From: Planctomycetota bacterium
GTDB taxonomy: Bacteria; Planctomycetota; MHYJ01; JACQXL01
Direction: 5' to 3'
Length of the DNA stretch: 64,000 nt
Assembly (NCBI GenBank): GCA_016235865.1
Contig: JACRIK010000027.1
Coordinates: forward strand, 26,213-90,212
A program made the translations under genes and the position numbers. Below, piece after piece: positions 27,322-36,581 of the stretch (its first letter is position 1; every line of letters starts with the position of its first letter). The notes beneath the pieces are model-generated. The model did not search any database and was not told the origin of the DNA. It saw nothing but the letters and a program-made list of their open reading frames with translations.

Positions 27322-28712
27322 ACGTAATTATTTCTTACCTTGCCCCGCGCCAGCGAGGCAAAGACGCCGACAAAACAGATTATCGCAAAGACCAGGAAGG
27401 CGGTTTTCATGCAGGACAGGAACATCGGATAATATTCAGGCGTGATTTCGACCCGCCCTAAATATAAGGCAAAAAGCAGGGTGACCACGCCTAAGCTGAA
27501 CATCTGGCCTAGCAGCCGCATCGTGCCTAACATAGCCGAGGCAATGCCGTAGGTTTTTCGGTCCACCGAACTCATTACCGCATTTGTATTAGGCGATGAG
27601 AACAAGGCAAAACCTGAGCCCAGGATAACCAGGCAGGCGACGATGAATATCAGGTTGCTGGCGCCATTGAGGAAAGACAGCAGGAACAGTCCGGCCACGG
27701 TAAGCGCCATGCCGATTGACGAGACCATCCGCGGTTCAATCCGGTCCGAGAGCATCCCGGCAAACGGCGAGAACGCTGTCATGATAATGGGTTGGGCTAT
27801 CAGGACCATTCCGGCCGATGCGGGACTGAAACCCCGGATGTATTGGAGATATAAACTCAGGAGAAAACCCACGCCAAAGGTGGCGCTGTAGTTTATCAGG
27901 GCGGCCAGATTGGAGAAGATAAAGACGGTATTATTTCGGAATATGGCGATGTTAAGAATCGGATGCTGGATTCTTATCTCGCGCCTGACGAATAATACGG
28001 ATAATAATACGCTGGAGGCAATAAACGCCGCTCCGGCGATTCCGGGCAGGAGCGAGAATCCGTACATCAACGATATAAGCATCAAACCATAGACGACAGA
28101 TCCGATAAAATCAAAACGCTCGCCTTTTGCGTCCGTCCATTCGCCCGATATTTTCCAGAGCGCCAAGACCAGGATTATCAGGCAGAGCGGTATGTTAATC
28201 AGGAATATGGCGCGCCAGTCGAGATGCTGGGTGATAAGCCCGCCCAGGGGCGGGCCTAACGAAAGCCCAAGATAAACCGCCGCCACGCTGATGCCCAGGA
28301 CCTTTCCTCTTTGCTCTTTGGGAAATACCGAGGTCAGGATGGCCAGGGCAGTGGCCGAAAACATGGCGCTGCCGATGCCCTGCAGGGCGCGCGAAGCAAT
28401 GAGCATCGCGGCGGATACGGAAAATCCGGCCAGGGTCGAGCCGAGCGTATAAATGATTATCCCGAGTATGAATATCCGCTTGCGGCCGTGGATGTCGGCG
28501 ATTCGGCCGAATGGAATGAGACATACGGCCACCGAGAGGATAAAGGCCGTGGCTACCCAACTGAGCAGGATAGCATCGAGATTGAATTCCTTTCCGATAG
28601 AAGGCAGGGCAATATTGATGGACGAGCCCATAAAAGGCATCAGGAATGCCGCTAAAAGGGTGATCAGCAGGATAGACCATCTGTTGGCCGAAATTTCATT
28701 TTCCATAAGCAT
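27300..28712 (-). CDS. MFS transporter (DHA2-like, 14 TM), 470 aa
   Basis: 14 hydrophobic segments and MFS signature GRIADIHGRKR. Confidence 0.8.
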   Translation of the reverse strand: MLMENEISANRWSILLITLLAAFLMPFMGSSINIALPSIGKEFNLDAILLSWVATAFILSVAVCLIPFGRIADIHGRKRIFILGIIIYTLGSTLAGFSVSAAMLIASRALQGIGSAMFSATALAILTSVFPKEQRGKVLGISVAAVYLGLSLGPPLGGLITQHLDWRAIFLINIPLCLIILVLALWKISGEWTDAKGERFDFIGSVVYGLMLISLMYGFSLLPGIAGAAFIASSVLLSVLFVRREIRIQHPILNIAIFRNNTVFIFSNLAALINYSATFGVGFLLSLYLQYIRGFSPASAGMVLIAQPIIMTAFSPFAGMLSDRIEPRMVSSIGMALTVAGLFLLSFLNGASNLIFIVACLVILGSGFALFSSPNTNAVMSSVDRKTYGIASAMLGTMRLLGQMFSLGVVTLLFALYLGRVEITPEYYPMFLSCMKTAFLVFAIICFVGVFASLARGKVRNNYVCSNSEK

Positions 28713-28762
28713 TAAATAAATAGGGTATTTGTCCTTGGGTGTGAGTAATCAGCCATTGTGTC

Positions 28763-30175
28763 TCACAGGGATTTTACAATTTTCTTAAATAGTGCGCCGC
28801 GTTCGGCGAAGTTACGAAACATATCAAAGCTGGCGCAGGCCGGTGACAGCAAAACCGTATCCCCGGTCTTGGCGATTCGTTTGGCTAAGAGCACCGTTTC
28901 CAGAAGATAGCCTGCTTTTAATATAACTGTATTATCCTGAAGACAGCCAGAGCCGTATTTTAATAAGGCACTTTCAATCTTATCCGCCGTGGCGCCTATC
29001 AGGATAACGCTTTTGACGCGCCGGTGACTGCGAATGATTGTCTTGGCTAATTCGTCAAAAGGCAGAAGCTTGTCATAACCGCCCAGGATGAGATGAAGAT
29101 TGCCGGATACCGCGTTGATGGCGCCGATGGTCGAGACCGGATTGGTGGCAATCGAATCGTTATAATATCTCACGTTGTTTACCTCAGCCACGAATTCCAG
29201 CCGGTGTTCCACGCCCGGGAACGTCCTGATGACCTGGGCCAGATGAGCCGTCGGTATATTAAAGATTCCGGCCGCAGCCAGGGCGGCTGAGATATTTTCA
29301 CGATTAAAATTGCCCAGCAATCTGGTATCGGAGGTGTCGCAGATAGCGCGCCTGGAGCCATTGGCCGAGATATAGAATTTGTTATTATGGATAAATACTC
29401 CGCCGTAAGAATGTTTGCGGCGGCTGAAATATAATATCTTGCCGTCTGATTCTTTTACCCATTGCCGGACTTCCCAGTCATCGAGATTCAGGACGGCGTA
29501 ATCGGATTTGGCCTGATGGCGCAGGATGGATTTCTTGGCATTAATATAATTGCGCATTGTTTTGTGCCGGTCAAGGTGATTAATCGATATATTGGTAACC
29601 ACGCTGATATGGGGTGACTTTCGGATGCGACTGAGGTCTTCCAGCTGGAAACTGGAGAGTTCTAGGACAACGATATTGTTTCTGCCAATCCGGTCGGTCT
29701 TTTCCAGCAGTGAATCCTTGCCGACATTGCCGCCCAGCCAGATTTTCCGCTTTGTGCCCTTGAGCATCTCGGCAATCAGATACGCCGTAGTGGTCTTGCC
29801 GTTACTGCCGGTCACGCCGATAATCGGCGCCAGGCAGAGCTGGAAAAAGAGATTGCTTTCCGTCTCCAGCCGGACGCGGTTCTTCTTGGCCAGCGCCAGA
29901 TAAGGCGAATCAGGCGGCACAGCCGGATTGACCACGACCAAATCCGCCTTGGTGAAATCCTTGGTCCGATGCCCGCCCAGATGATAGCTGATGCCTTTTA
30001 GGTCTGCCAGCGCCTGAAGCGATTCTTGTAGTTCGGATGGTTTTCTGATATCTGTAACAGTTATTTTGGCGCCGGATTTATGGAGCCAGCGGGTGACGCC
30101 CACGCCTCCGCCGAAGAGCCCCAGGCCCATTACGGTAACGCGCTTGCCTTTGAATATATTTGCAGTTAAATTCAT
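28763..30175 (-). CDS. murD: UDP-N-acetylmuramoylalanine--D-glutamate ligase, 470 aa
   Basis: VMGLGLFGGGVGV N-terminal Rossmann fold, GSNGKTTT P-loop and LELSSFQLE. Confidence 0.85.
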   Translation of the reverse strand: MNLTANIFKGKRVTVMGLGLFGGGVGVTRWLHKSGAKITVTDIRKPSELQESLQALADLKGISYHLGGHRTKDFTKADLVVVNPAVPPDSPYLALAKKNRVRLETESNLFFQLCLAPIIGVTGSNGKTTTAYLIAEMLKGTKRKIWLGGNVGKDSLLEKTDRIGRNNIVVLELSSFQLEDLSRIRKSPHISVVTNISINHLDRHKTMRNYINAKKSILRHQAKSDYAVLNLDDWEVRQWVKESDGKILYFSRRKHSYGGVFIHNNKFYISANGSRRAICDTSDTRLLGNFNRENISAALAAAGIFNIPTAHLAQVIRTFPGVEHRLEFVAEVNNVRYYNDSIATNPVSTIGAINAVSGNLHLILGGYDKLLPFDELAKTIIRSHRRVKSVILIGATADKIESALLKYGSGCLQDNTVILKAGYLLETVLLAKRIAKTGDTVLLSPACASFDMFRNFAERGALFKKIVKSL

Positions 30176-30529
30176 TTAGCCCTTCTTCAGATGATGGCCT
30201 ACGGTATCTATAATTGCCTGGCGATACTTTTCATCTATGGCCAGGAATTCAATCCTGGTGTTATAAACCGCCAGCTTGCCCATCGGCGATGATTCGATCA
30301 CTCGTCCGATAATCTCCACCGGTTCGCGCGCCGAGGGCACCCGGACCTTTAGGATAAGTCTGGCATCGGTCTGGAATTGAATACTGGTGGTTATGGCCAT
30401 TCCGCCGATACTTAAGTTCTTGGTCTGGGATATATCCAGTGCGTCCTGGCGTTCCAGCGGGCAATACGATACCACAAAGTGCGTATTGACGCGGGGGAAC
30501 TTCCTTTTTTCGGCCGATGAACTGCCCAT
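30176..30529 (-). CDS. PilZ domain protein, 117 aa
   Basis: RKFPR ... and DISQTKNLSIGG (RxxxR / DxSxxG c-di-GMP binding motifs). Confidence 0.65.
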   Translation of the reverse strand: MGSSSAEKRKFPRVNTHFVVSYCPLERQDALDISQTKNLSIGGMAITTSIQFQTDARLILKVRVPSAREPVEIIGRVIESSPMGKLAVYNTRIEFLAIDEKYRQAIIDTVGHHLKKG

Positions 30530-30949
30530 TTATTTCTTGTCCTGCTTCGCCCCGTCTTCTTTCAGCTTTTCCTCTAAGTGGTCTTTAAGGCGTTCCATTC
30601 TTTCTAATGATTTTTTGATATCGGTCTTGCCCTGTTTTTCCAGGATGAAATAGAACGAGTGGTTGTCCACAAAAGGATAAGGGATAAGGAGCATCATAAT
30701 ATCAAGCGGAAAAATCTGGAATATCGGGGCGCTGACTGGGATGATGGATTTATAGGTCTGGTAGCCGTCTTTTTCCAGCAGCACTTCGCGCTTGCCGTAG
30801 AAGGTGAAAGGCACCGAAAGCGGCGTAATGCCTTTATCCTGTCCGTCCAGCGTGACCTTTGCGCCGGCCGGTTCTGAGGTAATCAGAATCCGGTGCTCGG
30901 CGCAACTCACCAGCAGGATTGATAGAATAATTAAACCAATTAATCGCAT
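30530..30949 (-). CDS. PEGA-domain lipoprotein, 139 aa
   Basis: Lipobox LLVSC, then ILITSEPAGAKVTLDGQDKGITP (PEGA motif). Confidence 0.55.
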   Translation of the reverse strand: MRLIGLIILSILLVSCAEHRILITSEPAGAKVTLDGQDKGITPLSVPFTFYGKREVLLEKDGYQTYKSIIPVSAPIFQIFPLDIMMLLIPYPFVDNHSFYFILEKQGKTDIKKSLERMERLKDHLEEKLKEDGAKQDKK

Positions 30950-33390
30950 TTTCTCATTAACTCCCCGATTTTCTTATAGTCAGGATAAAACTCCTCCGCT
31001 TTAATAAGGAGTTCCTTGGCCCGGGATTTATTGCTCAATTCTAAATAAATCTCCGCCTGAGAGCAATAAAAATCAGCCAATACCTTGTTGCGTTCGCCGG
31101 AGGTCGTCCTCATGGTCAGCCGGATGGCCATATCGTATTCCCGCAATGCGGCGTCAGGTTGTTTCTGGGCGCGGTATCCTTTGGCTAGGTAATTATGTAG
31201 CTGGATGCTCTCCGGTTCCAGATAGACCGCGTCTTGCAGGAGCGCTACCAGTTTATCGTACTGCTTCAGCGAAACGTAGTGTTTGGCCAGCTTCATCCGG
31301 TTGGTGAAATCCAAGTGATTAATCTTGATTAACTCCTCTATCTCGGCATACATCTGGTCTGTCTGTTTTTGTTCTTCATAAATGGAAATCAGGTAGTGGT
31401 AGGGGCTGAAACCCGCTTTGGCATAATGCGGAAAGTATTGCTTGGCCTTTATGAATTCGGCAATCGCCTCATTAGTCTTGTTGCGCTTGTATAACTCCCG
31501 GGCATTGTTGAACGTCTTCTCGAACTCCTTGAAATTGATGCCCTTGAGAAACTCATTGTTAAAATAGTCGAAGAACTCCTTATCAAATCCTTCCACGTTT
31601 TTATCCAGGCATTCCTTGAAAATCGTTTCGGTATCCTTACCCGCGCCCCAGCCTTTAAGCATCTTGATAATCGTTTCCATCCCGTATTTATGGTGGAGGT
31701 ATTCTATGATGACCGAACTCAGGTAATAAGAATGGGTTACGTCGGCGTCCCGGCGGTCCACGAAATCAGTCAGGTGTTTGAGCTTGTTCTCCGAGATGGC
31801 CTTGACTAGGTCGTCCTCAATCTCCTCGCCCCAGGCCGGGTTATAGAGTTTCTCGGCATAGACCGAGCAGCCCTCGGTGAACCAGCGCGGCACGCGGAAC
31901 CGGCTCATTTGCAGGGTGATGATGTGCATAAATTCGTGCACCGTAATAGAGCCCCAGTGGAAACGCTCGGCCATCTGTTCCTGGGCCTTGGGCGATAAAA
32001 CCAGGAAGGTTTGGGCAAAGCACACCCCGCGCGCCGCGATAAATCCCGGAAAGCCCATCAGCCGGACCGAGAAATCATTGTGGTTCGGAAAGGCCTCAAC
32101 CAGCAACGGCGTTATCGGCTTGTATTGATAGAGCGTGGTGAACTTATCATAGGCGTCCTCCAGCAACTCCGGCATATACGGCTCCAACAGGAAGCGCTCG
32201 TCCTTGTGCATCTTAATCTCAAAATCCCCGGTCTTGACTATCTCAAACTCATCCCGGAGCGCATCCAGGACCTTGAGCATATTGTGGACCTTGACGTTGA
32301 ACGGGTCGCGGGCAAAGGCCTCGCCCAATAATTTTCGGCCTTGCATTTCATAGTCTGGACCGAGGTGCATATAATTGAATCCGGTGGCAGTCCGGGCGTC
32401 CCAGAGATGCCCGTCCAGGGTCAGCGCCTTTTCATAGAATCCGGTTGCCTCCATATAAAACAGTCGCCGGTCTAAATTATCTCCGATAATCAGATAGAAC
32501 AACGCCGGATTCCTGTTCACCTCCAGGATTGCCCGGCATTCCTTGTCAAACTCCGGCATCTTGTTGGTGAGATAATAAATGCTGGCCCTGGTAGCCCGGT
32601 ATGAGACCGAATTAGGGTTAATGGACAGGGATTTATTAACGGTATCAAGCGCGTTGGAAAACTGCTCGTTCATCAATTGGACCGTAGCCAGGAGATTATA
32701 GGCTTCAGCCTGGACTGAAAGAAGGGGTAATACGGTTGATACGGTAGAGGATGTGGCTCCTGTTTTGTCGTCAGGCGGGGATGATAAACTCAGAGCCATA
32801 TTGATATTATAAAGATTCTTTTCCCGGTCCCAGATGGCAAAATAGGTCTTGGCCAGGCCGAGATATGCCTCGGCCGAAGACGGATTTGTCTTCGAAGTGT
32901 CGGTGAAGCACCCGGCCGCGGCCGGCAGGTCGCCCTTCTCCAGATAGCAATTGCCCCAGAACGTATAGAGCGCCGAGCGTAATGATGGTTCTGTTGCCGA
33001 TTTCTCTATCTGAGGCAGTAAATCACGTACCACCTTCTGGAAAATATCCTTATCGCCCTGGCGCGTGGCATACAGCCAGGTGCCCTGGGCCAGCCAGAGC
33101 AGTTCCTGGGGTTTGAGTTTAGATGATGCTGATTCGGTTATGGCCGGAAAATACTCCAGCAGTGTTTCTGCCTTCTGGTATTCTCCGGTCTCCAGATAGA
33201 GATGGCTCAGGACCAGGCGGGTGAAGAGGTTGTCAGGCAATCTGGTCAGGACTTTTTGAGCATCACTGATGGCTTTTCGGTATTCGCCCTTGATGGCTGA
33301 GGCAATGAAATCGTCAGTATCTTCTGCGTGAGAAAAGAGAGGATTCACCACAAAGGCACAAAGGACACAAAGAGGAAATAAGTATTTCAT
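30940..33390 (-). CDS. Secreted TPR-repeat protein with an HExxH (HEFMH) metallopeptidase-like motif, about 816 aa from the start MKYLFPL
   Basis: Signal-peptide-like N-terminus and multiple TPR-like helical repeats. The longer ORF to 33489 would run into the tRNA-Ser gene, so the internal start was chosen. Confidence 0.6.
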   Translation of the reverse strand: MKYLFPLCVLCAFVVNPLFSHAEDTDDFIASAIKGEYRKAISDAQKVLTRLPDNLFTRLVLSHLYLETGEYQKAETLLEYFPAITESASSKLKPQELLWLAQGTWLYATRQGDKDIFQKVVRDLLPQIEKSATEPSLRSALYTFWGNCYLEKGDLPAAAGCFTDTSKTNPSSAEAYLGLAKTYFAIWDREKNLYNINMALSLSSPPDDKTGATSSTVSTVLPLLSVQAEAYNLLATVQLMNEQFSNALDTVNKSLSINPNSVSYRATRASIYYLTNKMPEFDKECRAILEVNRNPALFYLIIGDNLDRRLFYMEATGFYEKALTLDGHLWDARTATGFNYMHLGPDYEMQGRKLLGEAFARDPFNVKVHNMLKVLDALRDEFEIVKTGDFEIKMHKDERFLLEPYMPELLEDAYDKFTTLYQYKPITPLLVEAFPNHNDFSVRLMGFPGFIAARGVCFAQTFLVLSPKAQEQMAERFHWGSITVHEFMHIITLQMSRFRVPRWFTEGCSVYAEKLYNPAWGEEIEDDLVKAISENKLKHLTDFVDRRDADVTHSYYLSSVIIEYLHHKYGMETIIKMLKGWGAGKDTETIFKECLDKNVEGFDKEFFDYFNNEFLKGINFKEFEKTFNNARELYKRNKTNEAIAEFIKAKQYFPHYAKAGFSPYHYLISIYEEQKQTDQMYAEIEELIKINHLDFTNRMKLAKHYVSLKQYDKLVALLQDAVYLEPESIQLHNYLAKGYRAQKQPDAALREYDMAIRLTMRTTSGERNKVLADFYCSQAEIYLELSNKSRAKELLIKAEEFYPDYKKIGELMRKCD

Positions 33391-33406
33391 TTGTCTGAAA
33401 ATAGAA

Positions 33407-33495
33407 CGGAGGGAGTGAGATTTGAACTCACGGTCCACCATAAGGCAGACACCCGCTTTCGAGGCGGGCCCTTTCAACCACTCAGGCATCCCTCC
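33407..33495 (-). tRNA. tRNA-Ser (anticodon CGA), 89 nt with a long variable arm
   Basis: Reverse complement GGAGGGATGCCTGAGTGGTTGAAAGGGCCCGCCTCGAAAGCGGG ... GTGAGTTCAAATCTCACTCCCTCCG. Acceptor GGAGGGA/TCCCTCC and anticodon loop CUCGAAA. Close to E. coli serU in layout. Confidence 0.85.
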
Positions 33496-33680
33496 GTGTT
33501 TAAGGCCGCCGCTTTTTAGAGCCAGTTAGACCTATGGTCGTTACTGGCTCTTATCCCGATTACTCATCGGGGCAACCACTCAGCAACCTCTCCGTAAGAA
33601 AATTAGCCACAGAGTCGCAGAGTTCACAGAGAGTAATTAACTCCGTGTTCTCCGTGCCTCTGTGGCTATTTATTAGTATA

Positions 33681-33754
33681 TACGCCCGACAGGAGTCGAA
33701 CCTGTAACCTTTTGATCCGTAATCAAAAGCTCTATCCAGTTGAGCTACGGGCGC
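33681..33754 (-). tRNA. tRNA-Arg (anticodon ACG), 74 nt
   Basis: Reverse complement GCGCCCGTAGCTCAACTGGATAGAGCTTTTGATTACGGATCAAAAGGTTACAGGTTCGACTCCTGTCGGGCGT. Anticodon loop UUACGGA and T-loop GGTTCGACTCC. Confidence 0.85.
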
Positions 33755-33826
33755 TTTACTCGCTGTTACCCAGCCCGTAGGGGTGGGGTTACAGCGAGTT
33801 ATCCCGGCAGTTTTTGCCGGGAATTA

Positions 33827-34306
33827 TTAGCATTGTTTATCTGCGGCCTTCCTCTTCTTCTTAAAGAATTCCTTCATCAGCCACTGGCAGTCCCGGGCCA
33901 TCACGCCTGAGACCACCTCAATGCGGTGATTCAGCCGTTTGTCATTGACCACGTTGACAATCGAACCGCAGCCGCCGGCCTTGGAGTCATCGGCTCCATA
34001 GACCAGATGCTTGACCCGGGCATTGACCAAAGCCCCGGCGCACATGATGCACGGCTCTATGGTTACATACAGCGTCACATCGTTCAGCCGCCAGTCCTCC
34101 AGATAGGCCGCGGCCTGGGTTAGGGCAATCATCTCCGCGTGGGCCGTCGGGTCCTTCAACCGCTCGCGCTGGTTATAGGCCCGGGCGATAATCCGGTTCT
34201 TGTGCACGATAATGGCGCCGATGGGCACCTCGTCGTCATCCAGGGCCTTGACGGCCTCCTTAATCGCCTCCTTCATATAGACCGGGTGTATCTCAGATTC
34301 AAGCAT
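33827..34306 (-). CDS. tadA: tRNA-specific adenosine-34 deaminase, 159 aa
   Basis: HAEMIAL and PCIMCAGAL zinc-binding motifs of the CDA-fold TadA. Confidence 0.85.
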   Translation of the reverse strand: MLESEIHPVYMKEAIKEAVKALDDDEVPIGAIIVHKNRIIARAYNQRERLKDPTAHAEMIALTQAAAYLEDWRLNDVTLYVTIEPCIMCAGALVNARVKHLVYGADDSKAGGCGSIVNVVNDKRLNHRIEVVSGVMARDCQWLMKEFFKKKRKAADKQC

Positions 34307-34461
34307 ACGGCATATTCTCTACCAGAATCAGCCGAAGAAGGCAAGAAAAACCACAGATTACACAGATGGGCACAGATTTTCCAAAATATAATCCGTGTAA
34401 TCTGCGAAATCTGTGGTTGCTTTTCCTTGCATTTATTCCGGTTCTGTGGTATAATTATTCT

Positions 34462-36054
34462 ATGCCAACAAAGACCATCGGTGAATTCGAATTATACGAA
34501 GACCGGTTAATCGGCAAAGGCGCCTGGGGCGAGGTCTATCACGGGAGACAGAAATCCCTGGACCGGCCGGTGGCTATTAAAATCCTGAAATCCGACCTGA
34601 CCCAGGACGCGGAATTCGTCAGCCGGTTCAAGCGCGAGGCGGAAATCCTGGCCAAAATCACCGACGACCACATCATCCACGTCTATTCAGCCGGCCAGCA
34701 CGAAGGCGCGTATTATTTCATAATGGAATATGTGGAGGGCAAACCCCTGAGCAGTTTCGTTGACAGCGGCTATAAATTCTCGACCGACGAAATAATCTAC
34801 GTGGCCCAGTCCGTGGCCCAGGCGCTCAATGCGGCCTGGGAATCAGCCGCTAAAATCATCCACCGCGACATCAAACCGTCCAATATCATGGTGGCTCATT
34901 CTGCCTCCGTGGTTAAATCCGCCGGAGACGGCGCTATCAGTATCCTGGCCGGCAAAATTAAGGTTATGGACTTCGGGCTGGCCAAGTTATCAGCCGGCGG
35001 CAAAGACGCCACCATTGCCGGCACCATCATCGGTACGCCCAAATACATCTCGCCTGAACAGGGCATGGGCAAGACCGCGGACATCCGTTCGGACATATAT
35101 TCACTCGGCATCGTGCTGTATGAAATGGCCACGGGCCGGATTCCGTTCGAGGGCGAAACAGCCGTTAGCATGATTCGCCACCATATCTATGACACGGTGG
35201 CGGTTCCGTCCCAGTTTAATAAGGATATTCCCAAGGAGCTGGAAGACATCATAATGAAGTGCGTGCACAAGGACCCGGACAGCCGCTATGCCACTCCGGC
35301 CCAGATGCTGGAGGACCTGAACGGCTTCAAGCAGAAGAGCGGGCTGATTCACGCCAAGAATGCCACCCTGGATGCGACCATTGTTTCAGGCGCCGTGCGC
35401 CGGAAACAGACCGCGCGCAATCTGGCTTATGCCACGATTGCCCTGGTCCTTTTCCTGGCCGGCGGATTTATCTTCTATAAGAATCAGACGTCTGCTGGCC
35501 CAATCGCCAAAAACGACCAAACTGAGTTAACTGGCAAAATCGGCGCACCGGGAGGCACTGGCGTAATAGTAGATAGTCCAACAGACCAGACAGTCCCGGC
35601 AGTTGACGAGAAATTCGCCATCAAGGTCTGGGTGAATGACGGCAAGGCCGCGACCTACAAGCAAGGCGACGACCTGAAATTCCATTTCCGGGCCAACAAG
35701 GACTGCTCTATCTATCTCTATCATCGCGATGGTGCGGGAACCGTCAAGATGCTCTTCCCCAATCCTTACAGCAGTGACAACAAAATCAAAGGAGGTCAGG
35801 TCTACACCATACCGGACAGCAAGATGAACTTTGGGATTACGGTCACGCCGCCCTTTGGCACGGAGACGGTCTGGGCCGTGGCCAGTTTACAGCCCATGAC
35901 CGAGATGGACATCCAGGCCGGCGAAAAGGATTTCCGGGACCTGGGCAAATTAGCCAGTTTAGGCGAAAGCGAACTGGTCACCCGGTCGCTGGAACTGGTG
36001 CCCAAACAAGCCCGGGCCGAGGACACCTGCACCATCAGCACGACGGAGAAATAA
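34462..36054 (+). CDS. Hanks-type Ser/Thr protein kinase with one TM helix and an extracytoplasmic C-terminal beta-rich (DUF4384-like) domain, about 530 aa from the start MPTKTIGEF
   Basis: GKGAWGEVY, VAIK, HRDIKPSN, DFGLAK and GTPKYISPE kinase subdomains. TM helix LAYATIALVLFLAGGFIFY. The C-terminal domain assignment is from memory. Confidence 0.85.
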   Translation: MPTKTIGEFELYEDRLIGKGAWGEVYHGRQKSLDRPVAIKILKSDLTQDAEFVSRFKREAEILAKITDDHIIHVYSAGQHEGAYYFIMEYVEGKPLSSFVDSGYKFSTDEIIYVAQSVAQALNAAWESAAKIIHRDIKPSNIMVAHSASVVKSAGDGAISILAGKIKVMDFGLAKLSAGGKDATIAGTIIGTPKYISPEQGMGKTADIRSDIYSLGIVLYEMATGRIPFEGETAVSMIRHHIYDTVAVPSQFNKDIPKELEDIIMKCVHKDPDSRYATPAQMLEDLNGFKQKSGLIHAKNATLDATIVSGAVRRKQTARNLAYATIALVLFLAGGFIFYKNQTSAGPIAKNDQTELTGKIGAPGGTGVIVDSPTDQTVPAVDEKFAIKVWVNDGKAATYKQGDDLKFHFRANKDCSIYLYHRDGAGTVKMLFPNPYSSDNKIKGGQVYTIPDSKMNFGITVTPPFGTETVWAVASLQPMTEMDIQAGEKDFRDLGKLASLGESELVTRSLELVPKQARAEDTCTISTTEK

Positions 36055-36151
36055 AATTATCGCCTACACCTCAACTATCTATGGCTATCTGATGGGTAGT
36101 GATGCATTATAACATTTTTTGACGCTCCCCCGTCTTATATGAACAGGTAGC

Positions 36152-36410
36152 GCTTATCATACCAAGAAACGGCGCCTACGATACCAAGCAGTATGGTATA
36201 TAACTATCAGAACTGGGGTTTAGTTTACCAAGAAATAGGGCTTACCATACCAAGAAGAGGCGCTTTATTTACCAAAAAGATGGGCTTATCATACCAAGAA
36301 CAGGGGCTTTAGCTATCAAGCAGTATGGTATATAACTATCAGAACCGGGGCTTAAGTTACTAAGAAATATGGCTTATTATACCAAGAGTTAGGGCCTATA
36401 ATATCAATAA
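36152..36410. repeat. Tandem repeat array with 22-bp base period (units like ataccaagaaNNgggcNtta) organised as two roughly 132-bp higher-order copies. A G/C-run tract lies at 36411-36450
   Basis: gcttatcataccaagaa recurs at 36152 and 36284 (132 = 6 x 22). The array is followed by gggcggggggttagtctaatgggggtggggcacctcccccc. Confidence 0.8.
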
Positions 36411-36539
36411 GGGCGGGGGGTTAGTCTAATGGGGGTGGGGCACCTCCCCCCTGCCAAAGTAAGTGGTTGATTTATATGGGGATGGGGAAACGGAAATAGC
36501 CGAAAATAGATATTTTGAATGGTTTCTTAAGAGGAAAAG

Positions 36540-36578
36540 GGCGCCCCGATGTTGCATCGGGACGCCCCGCTAAAGGTG
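36540..36578 (-). terminator. Rho-independent terminator candidate for the aminotransferase gene (hairpin ggggcgtcccgatgcaacatcggggcgccc, then a U-rich tract on the minus strand)
   Basis: GC-rich inverted repeat immediately 3' of stop 36582, followed by ttttcctctt on the coding strand. Confidence 0.5.
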
Positions 36579-36581
36579 TTT

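Noticed and set aside
33500-33600. A third complete tRNA between tRNA-Ser and tRNA-Arg
   Set aside because: Only the first roughly 21 nt resemble a tRNA-Ser 5' end. No D/anticodon/T-arm cloverleaf could be completed by eye. It is kept as a fragment or remnant in the findings.
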